The translations under genes and the position numbers were made by a program. Source: Eledone cirrhosa (lineage: Eukaryota). Taken from it: DNA of 64,000 nucleotides. The stretch covers positions 428,110,001 through 428,174,000 of the forward strand of contig OZ024740.1 in assembly GCA_964016885.1 (NCBI GenBank). Direction: 5' to 3'. Positions 25,901 to 40,800 of the stretch are shown piece after piece (the first letter of the stretch is position 1; each line of letters begins with the position of its first letter). The notes below the pieces were generated by a model. The model was not told the origin of the DNA. It saw only the letters and a program-made list of their open reading frames with translations, and made no database searches.

Positions 25901-28900
25901 AGAGATACATGAAAGACAGGAGATAGAGATGGATGGGAGACAGTAGGTAGAGATATATGGGAGACAGGAGAGAGATACATGGGTGACAGGAGAGAGATAC
26001 ATGGGAAACAGGAGGTAGAGATACATGGGAGACAGGAGGTAGAGATGCATGGGAGACAGGAGAGAGATACATGGGTGACAGGAGTGAGATACATGGGAGA
26101 CAGGAGGTACAGATACATGGGAGACAGGAGGTAGAAATACATGGGAGACAGGAGGTAGAGATACAAGGGAGAGAGGAGGTAGAGATACATGGGTGACAGG
26201 AGGTAGAGATACATGGGAGATAGGAGAGAGATACATGGGAGACAGGAGGTAGAGATACATGGGAAACAGGAGGTAGAGATACATGGGAGACAGGAGAGAG
26301 ATACATGGGTGACAGGAGAGAGATACATGGGACACAGGAGGTAGATATACATGGGAGATAGGAAAGAGATACATGGGAGACAGGAGATACATGGATGACA
26401 GGAGTGAGATACATGGGACACAGGAGGTAGAGATACATGAGAGACAGGAGGTAGAGATACATGGGAGACAGGAGAGAGTTACATGGGAGACAGGAGAGAG
26501 TTATATGGGTGACAGGAGGTAGTGATAGATGGGAGACAGGAGGTAGAGATACATGGGAGACTAGAGATAGAGATACATGGGAGACAGGAGAGAGAGAGAT
26601 ACATGGGAGACAGGAGAGAGAGAGATACATGGGAGACAGGAGGTAGAGATACATGGGAGAGAGGAGGTAGAGATACAAGGGAGACAGGAGAGAGAGTTAC
26701 ATGGGAGACAGGAGGTAGAGATACATGGGAGACAGGAGAGAGATACATGTGAGACAGGAGGTAGAGATGCATGGTAGACAGGGGGTAGAGATACATGGGA
26801 GACAGGAGGTAGAGATACATGGGAGACAGGAGAGAGTTACATGGGAGACAGGATGTAGACATACATGGGAGACAGGATGTAGAGATGCATGGGCGACAGG
26901 AGAGAGAGATACATGGCAGACAGGAGGTAGAGATACATGGGAGACAGGAGGTAGAGATACATGGGAGACAGGAAGTAGAGATACATTGGAGACAGGAGGT
27001 AGAGATACATGGGAGATAGGAGGTAGAGATACATGGGAGACAGGAGGTAGAGATTCATGGGTGACAGGATAAAGAGATACATGAAAAACAGGAGATAGAG
27101 ATACATGGGAGACAGGAGCTAGAGATATATGGGAGACAGGAGGTAGAGATACATGGGAGATAGGAGAGAGATACATGGGAGACAGGAGGTAGAGATACAT
27201 AGGAGACAGGAGAGAGATACATGGGTGACAGGAGTGAGATACATGGGAGACAGGAGAGAGATACATGGGAAAAAAGGTAGAGATACATGGGAGACAGGAG
27301 AGAGATAATGGGAGATAGGAGAAAGAAACATTGGTGACAGGAGGAAGAGATACATGGGAGACAGGAGAGAGATACATGGGTGACAGGAGTGAGATACATG
27401 GGAGACAGGAGGTAGAGATACATGGGAGACAGGAGGTAGATATACATGGGAGACAGGAGGTAGGGATACAAGGGAGACAGGAGGTAGAGATACATGGGTG
27501 ACAGGAGGTATAGATACATGGGAGACAGGAGAGAGATACATGGGTGACAGAAGAGAGATACATGGGAGACAGGACGTAGAGATACATGGGAAACAGGAGG
27601 TAGAGATACATGGGAGACAGGAGAGAGATACATGGGTGACAGGAGAGAGATACATGGGAGACAGGAGGTAGAGATACATGGGAGACATGAGGTAGAGATG
27701 CATGGGAGACAGGAGAGAGATACATGGGAGACAGGATGTAGAGATGCATGGGAGACAGGAGAAAGATACATTGGTGACAGAAGAGAGATACATGGGACAC
27801 AGGAGGTAGAGATACATGGGAGACAGGAGGTAGATATACATGAGAGATAGGAAAGAGATACATGGGAGACAGGAGGTAGAGATACATGGGAGACAGGAGA
27901 TACATGGGTGACAGGAGTGAGATACAATGGAGACAGGAGGTAGAGATACATGGGAGACAGGAGGTAGAGTTACATGGGAGACAGGAGAGAGATACATGGG
28001 AGACAGGAGGTAGAGATACATGGGAGACAGGAGAGAGAAACATGGGTGACAGGAGAGAGATACATGGGAGGCAGGAGAGAGAAACATGGGTGACAGGAGA
28101 GAGATACATGGGAGACAGGAGGTAGAGATACATGGGAGGCAGGAGGTAGATATACATGAGAGATAGGAAAGAGATACATGGGAGACAGGAGATACATGGG
28201 TGACAGGAGTGAGATACATGGGAGACAGGAGGTAGAGATACATGGGAGACAGGAGGTAGAGATACATGGGAGACAGGAGAGAGATACATGGGAGACAGGA
28301 GGTAGAGATACATGGGTGACAGGAGAGAGATACATGGGAAGCAGGAGAGAGAAACATGGGTGACAGGAGAGAGATACATGGGAGTCAGGAGGTAGAGATA
28401 CATGGGAGACAGGAGAGAGAGATACATGGGAGACAGGAGGTAGAGATACATGGGTGACAGGAGGTAGAGATACATGGGATTCAGGAGAGAGATACATGGG
28501 TGACAGAAGTGAGATACATGGGAGACAGGAGGTAGAGATACATGGGAAACAGGAGGTAGACATACATGGGAGACAGGAGAGAGATAAAAGGGAGACAGGA
28601 GATGGAGATACATGGGAGACAGGAGGTAGAGATACATGGGTCACGGGAGATAGAGATACATGGGTGACAGGAGAGAGATACATGGGAGACAGAAGATATA
28701 GATACATGATAGACAGGAGAGATAGATACATGGGAGACAGGAGGTAGAGATACAAGGGCGACAGAAGATATAGATACATGATAGACAGGAGAGAGAGATA
28801 CATGCGAGACAGGAGGTAGAGATACATGGGAGACAGGAGGTAGAGATACATCGGAGACAGGATGTAGAGATGCATGGGAGACAGGAGGTAGAGATACAAG

Positions 28901-29254
28901 GGAGACAGGAGAGAGAGTTACATGGGAGACAGGAGGTAGAGATACATGGGAGACAGGAGAGAGAGATACATGGGAGACAGGAGAGAGATACATGGGTGAC
29001 AGGAGTGAGATACATGGGAAACAGGAGGTAGAGATACATGGGAGACAGGAGGTAGAGATACATGGGTGACAGGAGAAAAAGATACATGAAAGACAGGAGA
29101 TAGAGATACATGGGAGACAGGAGGTAGAGATACATGGGAGACAGGAGAGAAATACATTGGTGACAGGAGAGAGATACATGGGAAACAGGAGGTAGAGATA
29201 CATGGGAGACAGGAGGTAGAGATGCATGGGAGACAGGAGAAAGAAACATTGATG

Positions 29255-32200
29255 ACAGGAGAGAGATACATGGGACACAGGAGGTAGAGATACATGGGAG
29301 ACAGGAGGTAGAGATACATGGGAGATAGGAGGGAGATACATGGGAGACAGGAGGTAGAGATACATGGGAGACAGAGAGAGATACATGGGTGACAGGAGTG
29401 AGATACATGGGAGACAGGAGGTAGAGATACATGGGAGACAGGAGGTAGAGATACATGGAAGACAGGAGGTAGAGATACAAGGGAGACAGGAGGTAGAGAT
29501 ACACGGGAAACAGGAGGTGGAGATACATGGGAGACAGGAGAGAGATACATGGGTGACAGGAGAGAGATACATGGGAGACAGGAAGTAGAGATACATGCGA
29601 GAGAGGAGAGAGATACATGGATGACAGGAGAGAGATACATTGAAAACAGGAGGTAGAGATACATGGGAGACAGGAGGTAGAGATTCATGGGTGACAGGAG
29701 AGAGATACATGGGAGACAGGATGTAGAGATGCATGGGAGACAGGAGAAAGATACATTGCTGACACGAGAGAGATACATGGGACACAGGAGGTAGAGATAC
29801 ATGGGAGACAGGAGGTAGGGATACATGGGAGATAGGAGAGATATACATGTGAGACAGGAGGTAGAGATACATGGGAGACAGGAGATACATGGGTGATAGG
29901 AGTGAGATACATGGGAGACAGGAGGTAGAGATACATGGGAGACAGGAGGTAGAGTTACATGGGAGACAGGAGAGAGATACATGGGAGACAGGAGGTAGAG
30001 ATACATGGGAGACAGGAGAGAGAAACGTGGGTGACAGGAGAGAGATACATGGGAGGCAGGAGAGAGAAACATGGGTGACAGGAGAGAGATACATGGGAGA
30101 CAGGAGGTAGAGATACATGGGAGACAGGAGAGAGAGATACATGGGAGACAGGAGGTAGAGATACATGGGTGACAGGAGGTAGAGATACATGGGAGACAGG
30201 AGAGAGATACATGGGTGACAGAAGAGAGATACATGGGAGACAGGAGGTAGAGATACATGGGAAACAGGAGGTAGACATACATGGGAGACAGGAGAGAGAT
30301 ACATGGAGACAGGAGGTAGAGATACATGGGATACAGGAGGTAGAGATACATGGGAGACAGGAGGTAGAGATACATAGGAGACAGGATTGAGATACATGGG
30401 AGACAGGAGGTAGAGATGCATGGGAGACAGGAGGTAGAGATACATGGAGATAGGAGAGAGATACATGGGAGACAGGAGGTAGAGATACATTGGAGACAGG
30501 AGCTAGAGATACATGGGAGACAGGAGGTAGAGATACATAGGAGACAGGAGAGAGATTCATGGGTTCCAGGAGAGAGATACATGGGAGACAGGAGGTAGAG
30601 ATACATTGGAGACAGAAGGTAGAGCTACATAGGAGACAGGAGGTAGAGATACATAGGAGACAGGAGAGAGATACATGGTAGACAGGAGGTAGAGATGCAT
30701 GGGAGACAGGAGGTAGAGATACATGGGTGACAGGAGAGATACATGGGAGACAGGAGGTAGAGATACATGGGAGACAGGAGAGAGATACATGGGAGACAGG
30801 AGGTAGAGACACATGGGTGACAGTATGTAGAGATACATGGGGGACAGGAGAGAGATAAATGGGAGACAGGAGGTAGAGATACATAGGAGACAGGAGAGAG
30901 ATGCATGGGTGAGAGGAGAGAGATACATGGGAGACAAATGGTAGACATACATGGAAGACAGGAGGTAGAGATACATGGGAGACAGGAGAGTGATACATGG
31001 GAGACAGGAGGTAGAGATACATGGGAGACAGGAAAGTGATACATGGGAGACAGGAGGTAGAGATACATGGGAGACAGGAGAGAGATACATGGGTGACAGT
31101 AGGTAGAGATACATGGGAGACAGGAGAGAGATACATGGGAGACAGGCGGTAGAGATACATGGGTGACAGAAGGTAGAGATACATTGGGGACAGGAGAGAG
31201 ATAAATGGGAGACAGGAGGTAGAGATACATGGGAGACAGGAGAGAGATACATGAGTGACAGGAGAGAGATACATGGGAGACAGGAGGTAGAGATACATGG
31301 GAGACAGGAGGTAGAGATACATGGGAGACAGAAGAGTGATACATGGGAGGCAGGAGGTAGAGATACATGTGAGACAGGAGAGTGATACACGGGAGACAGG
31401 AAGTAGAGATACATGGGAGACAGGAGAGAGATACATGGGTGACATGAGAGAGATACACGGGAGACAGGAGGTAGAGATACATGGGAGACAGGAGTGAGAT
31501 ACATGTGAGACAGAAGGTAGAGATACATGGGAGAAGGAGAGAGATACATGCGAGACAGGAGGTAGAGATTCATGGGAGACAGGAGGTAGAGATACATGGG
31601 AGACAGGAGGTAGAGATACATGGGACACAGGAGGAAGATATGCATGGGAGACAGGAGGTAGAGATACATGGGAGATAGGAGAGAGATACATGGGAGACAG
31701 AAGGTAGAGATACATTGGAGACAAGAGCTAGAGATACATGGAAGACAGGAGGTAGAGATACATGGGAGACAGGAGATAGATAGATGGGTGACAGGAGAGA
31801 GATACATGGGAGACATGAGGTAGCGATACATGGGAGACAGGAGGTAGAGATACATGGGAGACAGGATAGAGATACATGGGTGACAGGAGAGAGATACATG
31901 GGAGACAGGAGGTAGAGATACATGGGAGACAGGAGGTAGAGATACATGGGAGACAGGATAGAGATACATGGGTGACAGGAGAGAGATACAAGGGTGGCAG
32001 GAGAGAGATACATGGGAGACAGGAGGTAGAGATACATGGGAGACAGGAGGTAGAGATACATGGGAGACAGGAGAGATATACATTGTAGACAGGAGAGAGA
32101 TACATGGGACACAGGAGGTAGAGATACATGGGAGACAGGAGGTAGAGATACATGGGAGATAGGAGGGAGATACATGGGAGACAGGAGGTAGAGATACATG

Positions 32201-35200
32201 GGAGACAGAGAGAGATACATGGGTGACAGGAGTGAGATACATGGGAGACAGGAGGTAGAGATACATGGGAGACAGGAGGTAGAGATACATGGGAGACAGG
32301 AGGTAGAGATACAAGGGAGACAGGAGGTAGAGTTACACGGGAAACAGGAGGTGGAGATACATGGGAGACAGGAGAGAGATACATGGGTGACAGGAGAGAG
32401 ATACATGGGAGACAGGAAGTAGAGATACATGCGAGAGAGGAGAGAGATACATGGATGACAGGAGAGAGATACATTGAAAACAGGAGGTAGAGATACATGG
32501 GAGACAGGAGGTAGAGATTCATGGGTGACAGGAGAGAGATACATGGGAGACAGGATGTAGAGATGCATGGGAGACAGGAGAAAGATACATTGCTGACACG
32601 AGAGAGATACATGGGACACAGGAGGTAGAGATACATGGGAGACAGGAGGTAGGGATACATGGGAGATAGGAGAGATATACATGTGAGACAGGAGGTAGAG
32701 ATACATGGGAGACAGGAGATACATGGGTGATAGGAGTGAGATACATGGGAGACAGGAGGTAGAGATACATGGGAGACAGGAGGTAGAGTTACATGGGAGA
32801 CAGGAGAGAGATACATGGGAGACAGGAGGTAGAGATACATGGGAGACAGGAGAGAGAAACGTGGGTGACAGGAGAGAGATACATGGGAGGCAGGAGAGAG
32901 AAACATGGGTGACAGGAGAGAGATACATGGGAGACAGGAGGTAGAGATACATGGGAGACAGGAGAGAGAGATACATGGGAGACAGGAGGTAGAGATACAT
33001 GGGTGACAGGAGGTAGAGATACATGGGAGACAGGAGAGAGATACATGGGTGACAGAAGAGAGATACATGGGAGACAGGAGGTAGAGATACATGGGAAACA
33101 GGAGGTAGACATACATGGGAGACAGGAGAGAGATACATGGAGACAGGAGGTAGAGATACATGGGATACAGGAGGTAGAGATACATGGGAGACAGGAGGTA
33201 GAGATACGTAGGAGACAGGATTGAGATACATGGGAGACAGGAGGTAGAGATGCATGGGAGACAGGAGGTAGAGATACATGGAGATAGGAGAGAGATACAT
33301 GGGAGACAGGAGGTAGAGATACATTGGAGACAGGAGCTAGAGATACATGGGAGACAGGAGGTAGAGATACATGGGAGACAGGAGAGAGATTCATGGGTTC
33401 CAGGAGAGAGATACATGGGAGACAGGAGGTAGAGATACATTGGAGACAGAAGGTAGAGCTACATAGGAGACAGGAGGTAGAGATACATAGGAGACAGGAG
33501 AGAGATACATGGTAGACAGGAGGTAGAGATGCATGGGAGACAGGAGGTAGAGATACATGGGTGACAGGAGAGATACATGGGAGACAGGAGGTAGAGATAC
33601 ATGGGAGACAGGAGAGAGATACATGGGAGACAGGAGGTAGAGACACATGGGTGACAGTATGTAGAGATACATGGGGGACAGGAGAGAGATAAATGGGAGA
33701 CAGGAGGTAGAGATACATAGGAGACAGGAGAGAGATGCATGGGTGAGAGGAGAGAGATACATGGGAGACAAATGGTAGACATACATGGAAGACAGGAGGT
33801 AGAGATACATGGGAGACAGGAGAGTGATACATGGGAGACAGGAGGTAGAGATACATGGGAGACAGGAGAGTGATACATGGGAGACAGGAGGTAGAGATAC
33901 ATGGGAGACAGGAGAGAGATACATGGGTGACAGTAGGTAGAGATACATGGGAGACAGGAGAGAGATACATGGGAGACAGGCGGTAGAGATACATGGGTGA
34001 CAGAAGGTAGAGATACATTGGGGACAGGAGAGAGATAAATGGGAGACAGGAGGTAGAGATACATGGGAGACAGGAGAGAGATACATGAGTGACAGGAGAG
34101 AGATACATGGGAGACAGGAGGTAGAGATACATGGGAGACAGGAGGTAGAGATACATGGGAGACAGAAGAGTGATACATGGGAGGCAGGAGGTAGAGATAC
34201 ATGGGAGACAGAAGAGTGATACATGGGAGGCAGGAGGTAGAGATACATGTGAGACAGGAGAGTGATACACGGGAGACAGGAAGTAGAGATACATGGGAGA
34301 CAGGAGAGAGATACATGGGTGACATGAGAGAGATACATGGGAGACAGGAGGTAGAGATACATGGGAGACAGGAGTGAGATACATGTGAGACAGAAGGTAG
34401 AGATACATGGGAGAAGGAGAGAGATACATGCGAGACAGGAGGTAGAGATTCATGGGAGACAGGAGGTAGAGATACATGGGAGACAGGAGGTAGAGATACA
34501 TGGGACACAGGAGGAAGATATGCATGGGAGACAGGAGGTAGAGATACATGGGAGATAGGAGAGAGATACATGGGAGACAGAAGGTAGAGATACATTGGAG
34601 ACAAGAGCTAGAGATACATGGAAGACAGGAGGTAGAGATACATGGGAGACAGGAGATAGATAGATGGGTGACAGGAGAGAGATACATGGGAGACATGAGG
34701 TAGCGATACATGGGAGACAGGAGGTAGAGATACATGGGAGACAGGATAGAGATACATGGGTGACAGGAGAGAGATACATGGGAGACAGGAGGTAGAGATA
34801 CATGGGAGACAGGAGGTAGAGATACATGGGAGACAGGATAGAGATACATGGGTGACAGGAGAGAGATACAAGGGTGGCAGGAGAGAGATACATGGGAGAC
34901 AGGAGGTAGAGATACATGGGAGACAGGAGGTAGAGATACATGGGAGACAGGAGAGATATACATTGTAGACAGGAGAGAGATACATGGGACACAGGAGGTA
35001 GAGATACATGGGAGACAGGAGGTAGAGATACATGGGAGATAGGAGGGAGATACATGGGAGACAGGAGGTAGAGATACATGGGAGACAGAGAGAGATACAT
35101 GGGTGACAGGAGTGAGATACATGGGAGACAGGAGGTAGAGATACATGGGAGACAGGAGGTAGAGATACATGGGAGACAGGAGGTAGAGATACAAGGGAGA

Positions 35201-37855
35201 CAGGAGGTAGAGATACACGGGAAACAGGAGGTGGAGATACATGGGAGACAGGAGAGAGATACATGGGTGACAGGAGAGAGATACATGGGAGACAGGAAGT
35301 AGAGATACATGCGAGAGAGGAGAGAGATACATGGATGACAGGAGAGAGATACATTGAAAACAGGAGGTAGAGATACATGGGAGACAGGAGGTAGAGATTC
35401 ATGGGTGACAGGAGAGAGATACATGGGAGACAGGATGTAGAGATGCATGGGAGACAGGAGAAAGATACATTGCTGACACGAGAGAGATACATGGGACACA
35501 GGAGGTAGAGATACATGGGAGACAGGAGGTAGGGATACATGGGAGATAGGAGAGATATACATGTGAGACAGGAGGTAGAGATACATGGGAGACAGGAGAT
35601 ACATGGGTGATAGGAGTGAGATACATGGGAGACAGGAGGTAGAGATACATGGGAGACAGGAGGTAGAGTTACATGGGAGACAGGAGAGAGATACATGGGA
35701 GACAGGAGGTAGAGATACATGGGAGACAGGAGAGAGAAACGTGGGTGACAGGAGAGAGATACATGGGAGGCAGGAGAGAGAAACATGGGTGACAGGAGAG
35801 AGATACATGGGAGACAGGAGGTAGAGATACATGGGAGACAGGAGAGAGAGATACATGGGAGACAGGAGGTAGAGATACATGGGTGACAGGAGGTAGAGAT
35901 ACATGGGAGACAGGAGAGAGATACATGGGTGACAGAAGAGAGATACATGGGAGACAGGAGGTAGAGATACATGGGAAACAGGAGGTAGACATACATGGGA
36001 GACAGGAGAGAGATACATGGAGACAGGAGGTAGAGATACATGGGATACAGGAGGTAGAGATACATGGGAGACAGGAGGTAGAGATACGTAGGAGACAGGA
36101 TTGAGATACATGGGAGACAGGAGGTAGAGATGCATGGGAGACAGGAGGTAGAGATACATGGAGATAGGAGAGAGATACATGGGAGACAGGAGGTAGAGAT
36201 ACATTGGAGACAGGAGCTAGAGATACATGGGAGACAGGAGGTAGAGATACATGGGAGACAGGAGAGAGATTCATGGGTTCCAGGAGAGAGATACATGGGA
36301 GACAGGAGGTAGAGATACATTGGAGACAGAAGGTAGAGCTACATAGGAGACAGGAGGTAGAGATACATAGGAGACAGGAGAGAGATACATGGTAGACAGG
36401 AGGTAGAGATGCATGGGAGACAGGAGGTAGAGATACATGGGTGACAGGAGAGATACATGGGAGACAGGAGGTAGAGATACATGGGAGACAGGAGAGAGAT
36501 ACATGGGAGACAGGAGGTAGAGACACATGGGTGACAGTATGTAGAGATACATGGGGGACAGGAGAGAGATAAATGGGAGACAGGAGGTAGAGATACATAG
36601 GAGACAGGAGAGAGATGCATGGGTGAGAGGAGAGAGATACATGGGAGACAAATGGTAGACATACATGGAAGACAGGAGGTAGAGATACATGGGAGACAGG
36701 AGAGTGATACATGGGAGACAGGAGGTAGAGATACATGGGAGACAGGAGAGTGATACATGGGAGACAGGAGGTAGAGATACATGGGAGACAGGAGAGAGAT
36801 ACATGGGTGACACTAGGTAGAGATACATGGGAGACAGGAGAGAGATACATGGGAGACAGGCGGTAGAGATACATGGGTGACAGAAGGTAGAGATACATTG
36901 GGGACAGGAGAGAGATAAATGGGAGACAGGAGGTAGAGATACATGGGAGACAGGAGAGAGATACATGAGTGACAGGAGAGAGATACATGGGAGACAGGAG
37001 GTAGAGATACATGGGAGACAGGAGGTAGAGATACATGGGAGACAGAAGAGTGATACATGGGAGGCAGGAGGTAGAGATACATGGGAGACAGAAGAGTGAT
37101 ACATGGGAGGCAGGAGGTAGAGATACATGTGAGACAGGAGAGTGATACACGGGAGACAGGAAGTAGAGATACATGGGAGACAGGAGAGAGATACATGGGT
37201 GACAGGAGAGAGATACATGGGAGACAGGAGGTAGAGATACATGGGAGACAGGAGTGAGATACATGTGAGACAGAAGGTAGAGATACATGGGAGAAGGAGA
37301 GAGATACATGCGAGACAGGAGGTAGAGATTCATGGGAGACAGGAGGTAGAGATACATGGGAGACAGGAGGTAGAGATACATGGGACACAGGAGGAAGATA
37401 TGCATGGGAGACAGGAGGTAGAGATACATGGGAGATAGGAGAGAGATACATGGGAGACAGAAGGTAGAGATACATTGGAGACAAGAGCTAGAGATACATG
37501 GAAGACAGGAGGTAGAGATACATGGGAGACAGGAGATAGATAGATGGGTGACAGGAGAGAGATACATGGGAGACATGAGGTAGCGATACATGGGAGACAG
37601 GAGGTAGAGATACATGGGAGACAGGATAGAGATACATGGGTGACAGGAGAGAGATACATGGGAGACAGGAGGTAGAGATACATGGGAGACAGGAGGTAGA
37701 GATACATGGGAGACAGGATAGAGATACATGGGTGACAGGAGAGAGATACAAGGGTGGCAGGAGAGAGATACATGGGAGACAGGAGGTAGAGATACATGGG
37801 AGACAGGAGGTAGAGATACATGGGAGACAGGAGAGATATACATTGTAGACAGGAG
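29255..37855. repeat. Three-copy higher-order repeat (2834 + 2880 + 2880 bp) within the satellite
   Basis: Printed lines 31621, 34501 and 37381 are identical (period 2880). Matching ORFs start at 29364, 32198 and 35078. Confidence 0.92.
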
Positions 37856-40800
37856 GTAGAGATGCATGGGAGACAGGAGGTAGAGATACATGGGAGACAG
37901 GAGAGAAAGATACATGTGAGACAGGAGATAGATATACATGGGAGACAGGATGTAGAGATACATGGATGACAGGAGGTAGAGATACATGGGTGACAGTAGG
38001 TAGAGATACATGGGAGACAGGAGAGAGATACATGGGAGACAGGAGGTAGATATACATGGGAGACAGGAGAGAGATACGTGGGTGACAGGAGAGAGATACA
38101 TGGGAGACAGGAGGTAGAGATACATGGGAGAGGGGAGGTAGAGATACATGGGAGACAGGAGAGTGATACATGGGAGACAGGAGGTAGAGATACATGGGAG
38201 ACAAGAGAGAGAGATACATGGGTGACAGGAGAAAGATTCATGGGTGACATGAGGTAGAGATGCATGGGAGACAGCAGAGAGAGATACATGGGAGACAAGA
38301 GAGATATACATGGGAGACAGGAGGTAGAGATACATGGGAGACAGGAGGTAGAGATACATGGGAGACAGGAGGTAGAGATACATAGGAGACAGGAGAGAGA
38401 TACATGGTAGTCAGGAGGTAGAGATGCATGGGAGACAGGATGTAGAGATACATGGGAGACAGGAGAGAGAGATACATGGGAGACAGGAGAGAGATACATG
38501 GGAAACAGGAGGTAGAGATACATGGGAGACAGGAGAGAGATACATAGGTGACAGGAGAGAGATACATGGGAGACAGGAGGTAGAGATACATGGAAGAGGG
38601 GACATAGAGATACATGGGAGACAGGAGGTAGAGATGCATGGGAGACAGGAGGTAGAGATACATGGAGATAGGAGAGAGATACATGGGAGGCAGGATGTAG
38701 AGATACATTGGAGACAGGAGCTAGAGATACATGGGAGACAGGAGGTAGAGATACATGGGAGACAAGAGAGAGAGATACATGGGTCACAGTAGGTAGAGAT
38801 ACATGGGAGACAGGAGAGAGATACATGGGAGACAGGAGGTTGAGATACATGGGAGACAGGAGAGAGATACATGGGTGACAGGAGGTAGAGATACATGCGA
38901 GACAGGAGAGAGATACATGGGGGACAGGAGGTAGAGATACATGGGAGACAGGAGAATGATACATGGGAGACAGGAGGTAGAGATACATGGGAGACTGGAG
39001 AGAGACACATAGGTGACAGGAGAGAGATACATGGGAGACAGGAGGTAGAGATACATGGGAGATATGAGGTAGAGATACATGGGAGACAGGAGAGAGATAC
39101 ATGGGAGACATGAGGTAGAGATACATGGGAGACAGGAGAGAGATACATGGAGACAGGAGGTAGTGATACATGGGAGACAGGAGGTAGAGATACATGGGAG
39201 ACGGGAGGTAGAGATTCATAGGAGACAGGAGTGAGATACATGGGAGACAGGAGGTAGAGATGCATGGGAGACAGGAGGTAGAGATACATGGAGATAGGAG
39301 AGAGATACATGGGAGACAGGAGGTAGAGATACATTGGAGACAGGAGCTAGAGATACATGGGAGACAGGAGGTAGAGATACATGGGAGACAGGAGAGAGAT
39401 TCATGCGTTCCAGGAGAGAGATACATGGGAGACAGGAGGTAGAGATACATTGGAGACAGAAGGAAGAGCTACATGGGAGACAGGAGGTAGAGATACATAG
39501 GAGACAGGAGAGAGATACATGGGTGACAGGAGAGAGATACATGGGAGACAGGAGGTAGAGATACATTGGAGACAGAAGGTAGAGCTACATGGGAGACAGG
39601 AGGTAGAGATACATAGGAGACAGGAGAGAGATACATGGGTGACAGGAGAGAGATACATGGGAGACAGGAGGTAGAGATACATTGGAGACAGGAGGTAGAG
39701 ATACATGGGAGACAGGAGGTAGAGATACATGGGTGACAGTAGGTAGAGATACATGGTAGACAGGAGGTAGAGATACATGGGAGACAGGAGGGAGATACAT
39801 GGGAGATAGGAGAGAATTACATGGGATACAGTAGGTAGAGATACAAGGGAGACAGGAGGTAGAGATACATGGGAGACAGGAGAGAGAGATACATGGATGA
39901 AAGGAGAGAGATACATGGGAGACAGGTGGTAGAGATACATGGGAGACAGGAGAAAGATACATGGGAGTCAGGAGGTAGAAATACATGGGAGACAGGAGGT
40001 AAAGATACATGCGAGACAGGAGAGAGAGATACATGGGAGACAGGAGGTAGAAATACATGCGAGACAGGAGAGAGAGATACATGGGAGACAGGAGGTAGAG
40101 ATACTTGGGAGACAGGAGGCAGAGATGAATGGGAGACAGGAGGTAGAGATACATGGGAGACAGGAGGTAAAGATACATGCGAGACAGGAGAGAGATACAT
40201 GGGAGACAGGACAGAGTTATATGGGAGACAGGAGGTAGTGATACATTGGAGACAGGAGGTAGAGATACATGGGAGACTAGAGAGAGCGATACATGGGAGA
40301 CAGGAGAGAGAGAGATACATGGGAGACAGGAGGTAGAGATACATCGGAGACAGGAAGTAGAGATGCATGGGAGACAGGAGAGAGAGTTACATGGGAAACA
40401 GGAGGTAGAGATACATGGGAGACAGGAGAGAGAGATACATGTGAGACAGGAGGTAGAGATGCAGGGTAGACAGGAGGTAGAGATACATGGGAGACAGGAG
40501 AGAGTTACATGGGAGACAGGAGGTAGACATACATGGGAGACAGGAGGTAGAGATACATGGGCGACAGGAGAGAGAGATACATGGGAGACAGGAGGTAGAG
40601 ATACATGGGAGACAGGAGGTAGAGATACATGGGAGACAGGAAGTAGAGATACATTGGAGACAGGAGGTAGAGATACATGGGAGATAGGAGGTAGAGATAC
40701 ATGGGAGACAGGAGGTAGAGATACATGGGTGACAGCAGAAAGAGATACATGAAAGACAGGAGATAGAGATACATGGGAGACAGGAGGTAGAGATATATGG

